Assembly (NCBI GenBank): GCA_028293645.1
Contig: JAQGOK010000166.1
Location: 1 to 62,498, forward strand
Length of the DNA stretch: 62,498 nucleotides
Direction of reading: 5' to 3'
From: Chthoniobacter sp.
GTDB taxonomy: Bacteria; Verrucomicrobiota; Verrucomicrobiia; Chthoniobacterales; Chthoniobacteraceae
Position numbers and translations under genes: made by a program. This document shows positions 1 to 7,671 of this stretch, in pieces; within the stretch, counting starts at the first letter, position 1; every line of letters starts with the position of its first letter. Below the pieces are notes generated by a model. The model did not search any database. It was not told where the DNA came from and was given only the letters and a program-made list of their open reading frames with translations.

Positions 1-77
1 GGTCCGAGTTCCCGGTGGACTGACATCGCTGCATCCACCAGTTCTGTCGCAAGCTGTTCGAGTTGCTCCCGTTCCAT
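1..77 (-). CDS. GxxExxY protein (PD-(D/E)XK nuclease superfamily), N-terminal part, runs off the window edge
   Basis: Manual translation from ATG at 77 gives MEREQLEQLATELVDAAMSVHRELG(P), matching the typical GxxExxY N-terminus (A..VH..LGPG). Not in the ORF track. Confidence 0.8.
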   Translation of the reverse strand, partial: MEREQLEQLATELVDAAMSVHRELG

Positions 78-80
78 CTT

Positions 81-109
81 CTTCGCTGCTTAGCTCCTTC
101 GCGGTCCAA
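81..109 (-). repeat. REP-like repeat copy directly upstream of the GxxExxY start codon
   Basis: Minus strand reads TTGGACCGCGAAGGAGCTAAGCAGCGAAG, similar to the copies at 1138-1165 and 1281-1308. Confidence 0.65.
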
Positions 110-110
110 C

Positions 111-1124
111 TCAAAACTGCGCCAGAAACCGCTGGTCGTTGTCGGTGAAAGCGCGGATGTCCGGCACGCCCGACATGATCATCGCGAGACGGTCGAGGCC
201 GAAGCCGAAGGCGAAGCCCGTGTACTTTTCCGGATCGTAAGCGGTGTCGCGGCGCCTGCCATTCACCTGCTCGAAGACCGCAGGATCAACCATGCCGCAG
301 CCGGCGATTTCCAGCCAGCGTTCACCTCCGCCAAAGGCCCCGGCCTTGATATCCACTTCAAAGCTGGGCTCGGTGAACGGGAAGAAATGCGGGCGGAAAC
401 GGAACTTCGCGTCGCTCCCGAAAAGCTCGCGGAAGAAGAACTCCAACGTCCCCTTCAGATCCGCGACGCTTACGCCTTCATCCACGTAGAGACCTTCCAT
501 CTGGGTGAACTGCGCGAGGTGGGTGGCGTCGATTTCGTCGCGACGGTATGCGGCGCCGGGAGCGATGATTCGCACGGGCGGCGCGGCTTTCTCCATCGTG
601 CGAATTTGCACCGTGCTGGTGTGCGTGCGCAGCAGGCGACCGTCGGGAAGGTAAAAGGTGTCCTGCTCGTTGCGCGCGGGGTGATCGGCGGGCGTGTTCA
701 GCGCATCGAAGCAATGCCACTCGTCTTCGATGTCGGGACCATCAGCCAGCGCGAAGCCCATGCGGCGGAAGATCTGAATCGCGCGATCCTGGAGCTGCGT
801 AATCGGGTGCAACGAACCGAGTTGTGGCGCCGTGCCCGGGAGCGTCACATCGACATCGGCAAACGCCAGTGCATCGGCAGCCGCGGCGAGGGCAGTCTTG
901 CGTTCGTCGAGCGCGGCGGTGACGGCGTTGCGCGTTTCGTTGAGCAGCTTGCCGAGGCGCGGTTTGTCCTCCTTGCTCACCGTCTTCATCGCTTCGCTCA
1001 ATCCCGAGATGCTGCCGCTGCGGCCGAGGTATTTGACGCGCACGGTTTCAACCGCGCCTTCGTCGCCAGCCGCAGCGATCTCCGCCAGGGAGGCGGCGCG
1101 AAGTTGTTCGAGTTGAGAATCCAT
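111..1124 (-). CDS. pheS: Phenylalanine--tRNA ligase alpha subunit
   Basis: Motifs HPARNEQDTFY, LLRTHTS, FRPHFFPFTEPS, GFAFGFGLDRLAM. Confidence 0.98.
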   Translation of the reverse strand: MDSQLEQLRAASLAEIAAAGDEGAVETVRVKYLGRSGSISGLSEAMKTVSKEDKPRLGKLLNETRNAVTAALDERKTALAAAADALAFADVDVTLPGTAPQLGSLHPITQLQDRAIQIFRRMGFALADGPDIEDEWHCFDALNTPADHPARNEQDTFYLPDGRLLRTHTSTVQIRTMEKAAPPVRIIAPGAAYRRDEIDATHLAQFTQMEGLYVDEGVSVADLKGTLEFFFRELFGSDAKFRFRPHFFPFTEPSFEVDIKAGAFGGGERWLEIAGCGMVDPAVFEQVNGRRRDTAYDPEKYTGFAFGFGLDRLAMIMSGVPDIRAFTDNDQRFLAQF

Positions 1125-1137
1125 TTAGTAAGGAAAT

Positions 1138-1308
1138 TGAACCGCCAGGGAGCGAAGCGGCGAAGGAAGAAAGCGGCTTAAGAGTGCAAACTTGTCCATG
1201 AAACAGAGCCACGGACTACCTGATTAACCGCCGACGAGGAAAGATCTCCAACCCTCGCGCGGAACGACTGACTTCCCCCGCTTCGCTGCTTCACTCCCTG
1301 GCGGCTAA
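1138..1308. repeat. Inverted REP-like doublet (REPIN/MITE-like) between rplT and pheS
   Basis: 1138-1165 TGAACCGCCAGGGAGCGAAGCGGCGAAG versus the reverse complement of 1281-1308 TTAGCCGCCAGGGAGTGAAGCAGCGAAG: 24/28 identical, 115-bp spacer. Confidence 0.75.
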
Positions 1309-1373
1309 ACGCAACAGCCTCGAACACGCGGGATGCGCGTTCGAGGCTGTGGAAAAGCGAAAGCGGAAGCGGA

Positions 1374-1760
1374 TTAGATGACCGTCTTCGCCGCAGCGTG
1401 CTTGGCCTCGAGCGCGGCTTTGGCCTGCGCAAAGATGGCCTGGAAAGCTGCGTCGTCGGTCACCGCGAGGTCAGCAAGGATCTTGCGATCCAAGGTGATG
1501 CCGGCGGCTTTGATACCTTCCATGAAGCGACTGTAAGTGATCCCGTTCGCGCGAGCGGCGGCGTTGATGCGCTGTTGCCAGAGCATGCGGAAGTTGCGCT
1601 TCCGCGTCTTTCGGTCGCGATAGGACCAGTACATCGCCTTCATCACCGCGTCCTTCGCATAGCGAAAGAGCTTGGAGCGGCGGCCGCGGAATCCGCGGGC
1701 CTTATCGACGATCTTTTTACGGCGCTCCCGACTGGCGGGAGCATTGGTGGCGCGTGCCAT
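1374..1760 (-). CDS. rplT: 50S ribosomal protein L20
   Basis: Motifs ARGFRGRRSK, YRDRKTRKRNFR, RINAAAR, LDRKILAD. Confidence 0.98.
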   Translation of the reverse strand: MARATNAPASRERRKKIVDKARGFRGRRSKLFRYAKDAVMKAMYWSYRDRKTRKRNFRMLWQQRINAAARANGITYSRFMEGIKAAGITLDRKILADLAVTDDAAFQAIFAQAKAALEAKHAAAKTVI

Positions 1761-1893
1761 GTGTTATTGAATCCCGCGAGCGGGATCTCCGGTTGTTCGG
1801 CGTGTTGTTCTCGTGTGGTGAATGATCCGGCGCCTCACCTGCCGATGCGTCCCGCAGGAACGGGACAGGCGCGCGGATCGAATGTGCCGCTTC

Positions 1894-2103
1894 CTAGTGG
1901 AAGGGGAGGCACTCTTTGATGCGGGCGACCATGGTCTCGTGGACCTGGCCGTCCTTGCCCAGTTTACGTTTCCGCTTCGAGCTTTTGCTGGAAGCGAGGT
2001 GACGCAGGCCGGGCTTGCGGCGCATGATCTTGCCGGTGCCAGTGATTTTGACACGCTTGGACGCGGACTTTTTCGTCTTACGACGTGCAATGGAACGAGG
2101 CAT
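1894..2103 (-). CDS. rpmI: 50S ribosomal protein L35
   Basis: KTKKSASKRVKITGTGKI...HL..KSSKRKR; adjacent to rplT. Confidence 0.97.
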   Translation of the reverse strand: MPRSIARRKTKKSASKRVKITGTGKIMRRKPGLRHLASSKSSKRKRKLGKDGQVHETMVARIKECLPFH

Positions 2104-2112
2104 GGGGCGGGC

Positions 2113-2140
2113 ACTGTAGCGGGCGAACTCGCCTTGGCAA
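2113..2140 (-). promoter_or_regulatory. Putative sigma70 promoter of rpmI-rplT
   Basis: TTGCCA-16 nt-TACAGT, ending 9 nt before the ATG. Confidence 0.55.
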
Positions 2141-2165
2141 TCGGATTTTCGAGCCGCAGCGCAGG

Positions 2166-2801
2166 TCAGACTTGCAGCGTGAAAGTGGCGCGATACAGCC
2201 CGGACGCGACGCTTTCCTCCCGCTCGACTGGCACCCCAAGCACGCGGTGGAAGAGCTCCGTTTCGAGCTTCGCCACACTCGGGAAGGCGCGCAGTAGATC
2301 AAGGATCGGCGAGTGATGCTCGACGATGCGCAGACCGGCCTCATCACTCTCCAAGGCGCTCATGTAGCCATCATGATCGCGGAGCCGCGCCAGCCATTTG
2401 GCTTTTTCGGCGAGCGTGTCGCCTTTGATCCGCGCGAGGTATTGCTCCGTCTGACGCTGGAAAACGACCAGCAGGAGTTTCTCCGGGGCAACGGCTCCAT
2501 AGAGCTTTTGCGCGGCGCCGAGCACCTGGATGGTCGTTTCGTTGCTCGTCGTCGGGAAGAGGTCGTGCGCTCGTGGCGTGAGCCGATAGAAAAGTTGCGG
2601 GCGGCCGATTTTCTGAGGCGTCCGCCAGGTATCGAGCAGGCCGCGCTTTTCCAAATCCAGGCAGACGCCTTTGATCCCCATGTAGCTCATCTGCAACCGC
2701 TCCGCGAGGTCGCTCACGCACATGCCTTGCGTGCGTTTCAGCTCGTTCATGACGCGCAGCCGCGCGCTGCGGCCGACTTGTTGGATGAGGCGTTGCTTCA
2801 G
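2166..2801 (-). CDS. Winged-helix transcriptional regulator, SufR-like/ArsR-type (start uncertain: CTG 2801 or ATG 2750)
   Basis: HTH VSDLAERLQMSYMGIK, wing motif GRPQLFYRLT, C-terminal EHHSPI. The frame stays open upstream of ATG 2750 (LKQRLIQQVGRSARLRV). Confidence 0.8.
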   Translation of the reverse strand: MKQRLIQQVGRSARLRVMNELKRTQGMCVSDLAERLQMSYMGIKGVCLDLEKRGLLDTWRTPQKIGRPQLFYRLTPRAHDLFPTTSNETTIQVLGAAQKLYGAVAPEKLLLVVFQRQTEQYLARIKGDTLAEKAKWLARLRDHDGYMSALESDEAGLRIVEHHSPILDLLRAFPSVAKLETELFHRVLGVPVEREESVASGLYRATFTLQV

Positions 2802-2879
2802 GGGATTGGAAAGCGGAGGGCTGACGCGGTTGACTCTGCGCTCTGACTCCTGCTCCGCTCAACTCTGAAACTCGCCTGC

Positions 2880-3683
2880 TCAGGTAACCGCACCGAAATG
2901 CCGCAGCGCCTCGACGATTCCATCGCCGCAGATCCCCTTCGCGACGTATCCGCCAGCGGCGAGAACGGTCTCCTTCACCGCTCCGACTGCATTCGCAGGG
3001 CACGCGACGGCTTTGGCATACTGACCATCCAGCATCGGGAGATCGTTGAAGTGGTCGCCCGCTGCGAAGATCTCCGCGGGTTCGATCTGGAGTAATCGCG
3101 CCAGTTCGCCGAGCGCGGAGCCCTTGCTGTAATCCTCATGGCAAAACCGCACGTAAACGGTGTTCCGCATGAAGTGAAAGCTCGGCACCTTCACCCGCTC
3201 GCGTTCGAGAAACACGCAAATGCGATCCATCTCCGCGTCGGTGCGCGTCACAAGGCCGACCACATGGCCGCCCATCCGGATCATCTGCGTGCCGGGGATC
3301 TGCGCGACGAACTCTTCGATCTCCTGCAATAGACTGCCCGCCCCCGCGAAGAGTTCGTTGTGGGCGACCACACATCGGGCATTCCAATCCCCGAAGTCCT
3401 GCCACTCGCCCGTCGGCCCGCGATGAAAGACCTCGCGCTCCGCGGTCAGCACGTAGTCTGGCTCGACGGTGAACCCAAACTCCTGCAGGCCCTCGACGAT
3501 GTGCGCGAGCTCGCGCCCGGTGTTTACCGCCCAGAATCCTCCTCGGGCCTGCACCTGTTTCAGTGCGGAGAAAAGCTCAGGCCCCACCGGCGGGATCGCT
3601 TCGTGGTTCACCAAGGTGCCGTCAAAATCTGTGCTAAGCAGCTTGATGACGGACTGGTTCGGGCTTGAAGATGAGACGGGCAC
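2880..3683 (-). CDS. HAD-superfamily hydrolase, subfamily IIB (Cof-like); start uncertain
   Basis: Motif I STDFDGTL, NTGR, SKGSAL, GDHFNDLPM. Confidence 0.9.
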   Translation of the reverse strand: MPVSSSSPNQSVIKLLSTDFDGTLVNHEAIPPVGPELFSALKQVQARGGFWAVNTGRELAHIVEGLQEFGFTVEPDYVLTAEREVFHRGPTGEWQDFGDWNARCVVAHNELFAGAGSLLQEIEEFVAQIPGTQMIRMGGHVVGLVTRTDAEMDRICVFLERERVKVPSFHFMRNTVYVRFCHEDYSKGSALGELARLLQIEPAEIFAAGDHFNDLPMLDGQYAKAVACPANAVGAVKETVLAAGGYVAKGICGDGIVEALRHFGAVT

Positions 3684-3739
3684 GGCGAAAAGAGCGCGTC
3701 CTATCGCCTGTCGCCCCGCAACTCTCAACCTTCATCTTT

Positions 3740-4027
3740 ATGAAATCCGCCTACGAACTCGCCATGGAACGCCTCGAAAAACAGGCGCCCTCGGCCATTC
3801 TCACCGAAGCGCAAAAGGCCGAAATCGCGGAGATCGACTCCACTTACAAAGCGAAGATCGCCGAGCAGGAACTCTTCCTGAAAGATCGCGTTGCCGAGGC
3901 GACTGCCGCCGGGAAATACCAGGAAGTGGCGCAGATCGAACAGCGATTGACGCACGAAATCCGGCGCTTCAACGAAGAGTGCGAAGCACGCAAGGCGAAG
4001 GTGCGCGGCGATGCGGCGCCCGCTTGA
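3740..4027 (+). CDS. Small helical hypothetical protein
   Basis: MKSAYELAMERLEK... with coiled-coil-like composition; fills the gap between minus-strand genes. Confidence 0.8.
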   Translation: MKSAYELAMERLEKQAPSAILTEAQKAEIAEIDSTYKAKIAEQELFLKDRVAEATAAGKYQEVAQIEQRLTHEIRRFNEECEARKAKVRGDAAPA

Positions 4028-4042
4028 CCAAAGCTCCCGGCG

Positions 4043-5116
4043 CTATGCTGGGAGCGATTCGTCCAAAGCAGCGAGCAGCACCGCAATCGTCGCAGCCGTT
4101 TCGTCGCCCATGTTGGAAAGTCGGAACGTCTGGCCCTTAATCTTCCCGTAACCGCCATCGATGATCAGGCTGTGGCGGCTCTTCAGCTTTGCCAACAGCG
4201 CGGGCACATCGATGCCTTTGTTGTTGGCCACACAGGTCAGCGACTTGGAGCGGTAACCTTCCGGCGCGAAGAACTCGAATCCGTGCCGGCGCACCCAGGC
4301 GTGCACCATTTCGTTCAGCTCAGCATGCCGCGCATGGCGGGCGGCGATTCCTTCCGCGAAAATGTCTTCGAGCTTTGATTGCAGCGCGTAGATGTGCGGG
4401 ATCGTCGGCGTGCTCGGAGTCATGTCCTCGGCCTGGTTCTTTTTGAATTCGAGGAAATCGAAGTAGTAGCCGCGGCCCTTGACCGTCGCGGCGCGTTGCA
4501 TCGCCTTTTCGCTCGCGGCGAAAAGCGCGAGGCCCGGTGGCATCGCGAGCGCCTTTTGCGAACCGGTCAGCAGGACATCGATACCGAGTTCATCCATCGG
4601 GATCGGCACCACGCTGAACGACGAAACGCTATCGACGATCAAGCAAACATCCGGGAAGTCCCGCATGACCGTGGCGATCTCGACGATCGGCGACATCAGG
4701 CCGGTCGAGGTCTCGTTGTGAATCAAAGTCACCGCATCATACCCGCCCTCACTCAGCTTCTCGCGGATCTGCTCGCCCCGGATCGGCTGGCCCCACTCGA
4801 CCTGCAGCGACACGGCCTCTTTCCCGCACTTCTTCGAGACATCGAACCACTTGTCAGAAAAGGCGCCGCACATGCAGTTCAGCACCTTGCCGCTGCCGAC
4901 CAGGTTGCGGATGGCGCCTTCCATCACGCCCCACGCGGAGGAAGTGGAAAGGAAGACCGGCTGCTTCGTGCCAAACAGTTCCTGAAGCTGCGGCTGGATT
5001 GCGGCGTAGAGTTTTTTGAAGTCGCCGCTGCGATGACCGATCATCGGCTGGCACATGGCGGCGAAGGTTTTTTCTGAAACCTGAACGGGACCGGGGATGA
5101 AGAGTTTGGGTGCCAT
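4043..5116 (-). CDS. Class V PLP-dependent aminotransferase (alanine-glyoxylate/serine-pyruvate family)
   Basis: Motifs LFIPGP, HNETSTG, VDSVSS, PLP lysine in TGSQKALAMPPG. Confidence 0.93.
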   Translation of the reverse strand: MAPKLFIPGPVQVSEKTFAAMCQPMIGHRSGDFKKLYAAIQPQLQELFGTKQPVFLSTSSAWGVMEGAIRNLVGSGKVLNCMCGAFSDKWFDVSKKCGKEAVSLQVEWGQPIRGEQIREKLSEGGYDAVTLIHNETSTGLMSPIVEIATVMRDFPDVCLIVDSVSSFSVVPIPMDELGIDVLLTGSQKALAMPPGLALFAASEKAMQRAATVKGRGYYFDFLEFKKNQAEDMTPSTPTIPHIYALQSKLEDIFAEGIAARHARHAELNEMVHAWVRRHGFEFFAPEGYRSKSLTCVANNKGIDVPALLAKLKSRHSLIIDGGYGKIKGQTFRLSNMGDETAATIAVLLAALDESLPA

Positions 5117-5220
5117 TTTGCGGGGTTGGGTCGTGGTTTGCGCACCTACGATTCCGGCAGAGCGGGTCGCGGCGGGGCAGCGTTTTCAGATCGTACGCCG
5201 AAATCTGCAACCTGAAACCC

Positions 5221-7671
5221 CTACTCCCAGGGAATGAAATGTTTGAGCGCCAGCTCGCTGGCCCGCTGTTTCGCCTCCTCACTGCGCGGGCCTTTGACGC
5301 GGGCCATCTTCTGATAAATGCCGATCGCCTCCTTCCAATCGCTCTTCTCCTGAAACATCCGCGCAGCGTCGTAGCCGGCTTTGTAAAACCAGAAGTATTC
5401 CTGCGCCTCATCGGTGCCTCTCTCCAGCACGTCATAGTAAGTAACGAGTGCATCAGCCGTACGATTCAACGCCTCCAGTGCGCGCGCCTTTTTATAGAGC
5501 GCCTGATTGCGCCAGTTCGGCGGCACGTTCGGCGCGCTGGCGAGTTCGGTGAAAACGGCCGCCGCGGCTTCAAGCTGAGTGGGAGTCTTTCGGCCGAGGA
5601 TGAGCAGGTTATCGCCTTTGCCCGCCATCGCAGCGAAACGCAGCTCCGGCTCCGGCGGCGGCTTGGCGGTCAGCAACGCATCGTAGAGCGTCACGGCTTC
5701 CGCTTCGTTGCCGAGTTTGCTTTGCACGATCGCCTGCTGCTGGCGCGCGTGGAGCTTGAGCGAGCCACCGCGCTTCACGACTTCATCGAACAGCTTCAGC
5801 GCACGATCCACCGAGCTCGGATCGATCCACTGCATCGCAGATTGGCCGGCGAGAAACAGCGCCGTCTCGGCGTAGGCACTCGTCGGATTGTCTTTGGCCA
5901 AGGTCGCGAATTGCGTCTCCGCGCCGCGATAATCGCTGCTGCGCAAAAAGATCTGCCCGAGCTTCATCCGCACCTCCGGAAGCAGCGTCGATTTCGGGAA
6001 TTGCCGGATGAATTCCTGCGCCCGCCGAATGGCTTCGCGATCATCGTTGGGCGTCTCGGCTGCCGCGAGGAAGACGCCCAGATACTGCGCGTGCTCCGCG
6101 CTTTCCGGCGTGGCCGGCAACGTGTTCGCCGCTTGCAGGTAGCGGCTGGTCGTCGGGTAATCGCGTTGCGCGTAGGCGAGTTCGGCGAGCGCCAGCGTCA
6201 CCTCCGCTTTGCGCGGACTGGTTGGGAAATGGCTGAGCGCGAGCTGCAGCGTCTGTTCGGCCCGTGCGTCCGCGTGCCGTGCGCGGGTCAGGCCTTCTTC
6301 GACGATCAACTCGCTCCGGAGCGGGCTCTCTGCGAACTGAGCCGTCAGCTCGCGATACGTCAGCAGAAACCGGTCGTAATTGCTCTGATTCAACATCGCC
6401 AGCGCCGCATTGAAGGTGGCGTTTTCGCGCAGCTTCGGCGATCGATTGGCGGCCCGGCGAAACTCATTGGCAGCCAGCAGGAACTGCCCCTGCCGCGTGA
6501 AAACGAGCCCCGTCCGGAGCTGGATTTCCGCACGCTGTTCGTCATTGCGGGCCCGACGTTCGGCAGCTTCGAGCGCGCGCACTGCACCAGCGAGGTCGCC
6601 TTTCTCCAGAAGCAGGTCCGCCTGCATGAGATGCGCACTGGGCACCAAACGATGGCTCGGAAACCCTTTCACGAAGACGTCCAGCCAGGCTGCCGCCTTG
6701 TCCGGCTTCTTGGACCGAATCTGCATCCGCGCGAGATAGAAGCGCGCGAGCGCCGCACACGGCGGAGGCTGTTTGAGCGCCCACTTCTGCAGCTCGTCTT
6801 CGGTGGGGTTTGGCTGCTGCGAGTAAACGTGGTCGAGCTTGGCAAACACCGAGTCCAGCGACCCACTTTCTGGATAGCGCCAGATGAATGTCTCCAGCGG
6901 CCGATCAGCCGAGCCGTAGCCTTGCAGAATGATCCGCGCGTCCGCCGCGCCCAACGTTGCGCCGACCAGCAGGTTTTCGGGCAGCCCTTCCCTCGAGTTG
7001 AGCAGAGTCTCAAACACCGTCAGTGCTGGCTCGGCGTGTCCCTGCCCCAGGAGCAGTCGCGCCTCGACATAGCTTTTCCAATGCTCGTCGGTCGCGTTGG
7101 CGGTCTGCACGCCGCTGAGCATCAGGTGCGCTTTCTTCCATTGCCGAAGCTCGACCAGCAGACTTGCGAGACGCAGTCGCGTCGCCGTTTTGCTGGGCGC
7201 AATCCGGTGCGCGTCCTCCAGCGCTTCAACTGCTTCCGCCGTGCGGCCGAGCGCCTGCATGCACTCCGCCTCGCCGAGCCGCGCGATCAACGCGGTGCCT
7301 GGCTGAAGCGCGAGTTCCTGGTAGATCGTCAGCGCCTCGGACCAGCGGGTTGCGCCGACGAATACGTGTGCTCGGAGCAGCCGCGCCGCGGAAGCACTTC
7401 CGTCCGCCAATGTGTCCAGAGCCGCAAGGGCTTCATCGAATTGCGAATCGGTCAGCAAGGCTTCGGCGAGCAGCAACGTCCCGCGTTCCCGCTGCTCGGC
7501 CGGCACCGTTCCGTCGTCCAGGAACGTCTTCAGCTTGTGTGCGGCAATCTGGGGCAAACCTTCCCGCAATGCGCGTTGCGCGCCGACCAGCGGCGCCGCC
7601 TCCTCGCCGTGAGCCGCGAAGGCAGCACCGAGCAGGAGAATCGCGGAAGATGCGAAGATGGCAGCCTTCAT
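5221..7671 (-). CDS. Exported tetratricopeptide-repeat protein
   Basis: Signal peptide and many TPR-like helices (..FP.S...EA..). Start overlaps the uvrA stop. Confidence 0.85.
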   Translation of the reverse strand: MKAAIFASSAILLLGAAFAAHGEEAAPLVGAQRALREGLPQIAAHKLKTFLDDGTVPAEQRERGTLLLAEALLTDSQFDEALAALDTLADGSASAARLLRAHVFVGATRWSEALTIYQELALQPGTALIARLGEAECMQALGRTAEAVEALEDAHRIAPSKTATRLRLASLLVELRQWKKAHLMLSGVQTANATDEHWKSYVEARLLLGQGHAEPALTVFETLLNSREGLPENLLVGATLGAADARIILQGYGSADRPLETFIWRYPESGSLDSVFAKLDHVYSQQPNPTEDELQKWALKQPPPCAALARFYLARMQIRSKKPDKAAAWLDVFVKGFPSHRLVPSAHLMQADLLLEKGDLAGAVRALEAAERRARNDEQRAEIQLRTGLVFTRQGQFLLAANEFRRAANRSPKLRENATFNAALAMLNQSNYDRFLLTYRELTAQFAESPLRSELIVEEGLTRARHADARAEQTLQLALSHFPTSPRKAEVTLALAELAYAQRDYPTTSRYLQAANTLPATPESAEHAQYLGVFLAAAETPNDDREAIRRAQEFIRQFPKSTLLPEVRMKLGQIFLRSSDYRGAETQFATLAKDNPTSAYAETALFLAGQSAMQWIDPSSVDRALKLFDEVVKRGGSLKLHARQQQAIVQSKLGNEAEAVTLYDALLTAKPPPEPELRFAAMAGKGDNLLILGRKTPTQLEAAAAVFTELASAPNVPPNWRNQALYKKARALEALNRTADALVTYYDVLERGTDEAQEYFWFYKAGYDAARMFQEKSDWKEAIGIYQKMARVKGPRSEEAKQRASELALKHFIPWE

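Noticed and set aside
1081-1124. Similarity of the pheS 5' end to the repeat (CCGCCAGGGAG) and to the GxxExxY start (QLEQL)
   Set aside because: Short matches within coding sequence; most likely coincidental
2830-2875. Weak GAGT/CAGAG periodicity between the HAD gene and the regulator
   Set aside because: Too degenerate to define a repeat unit
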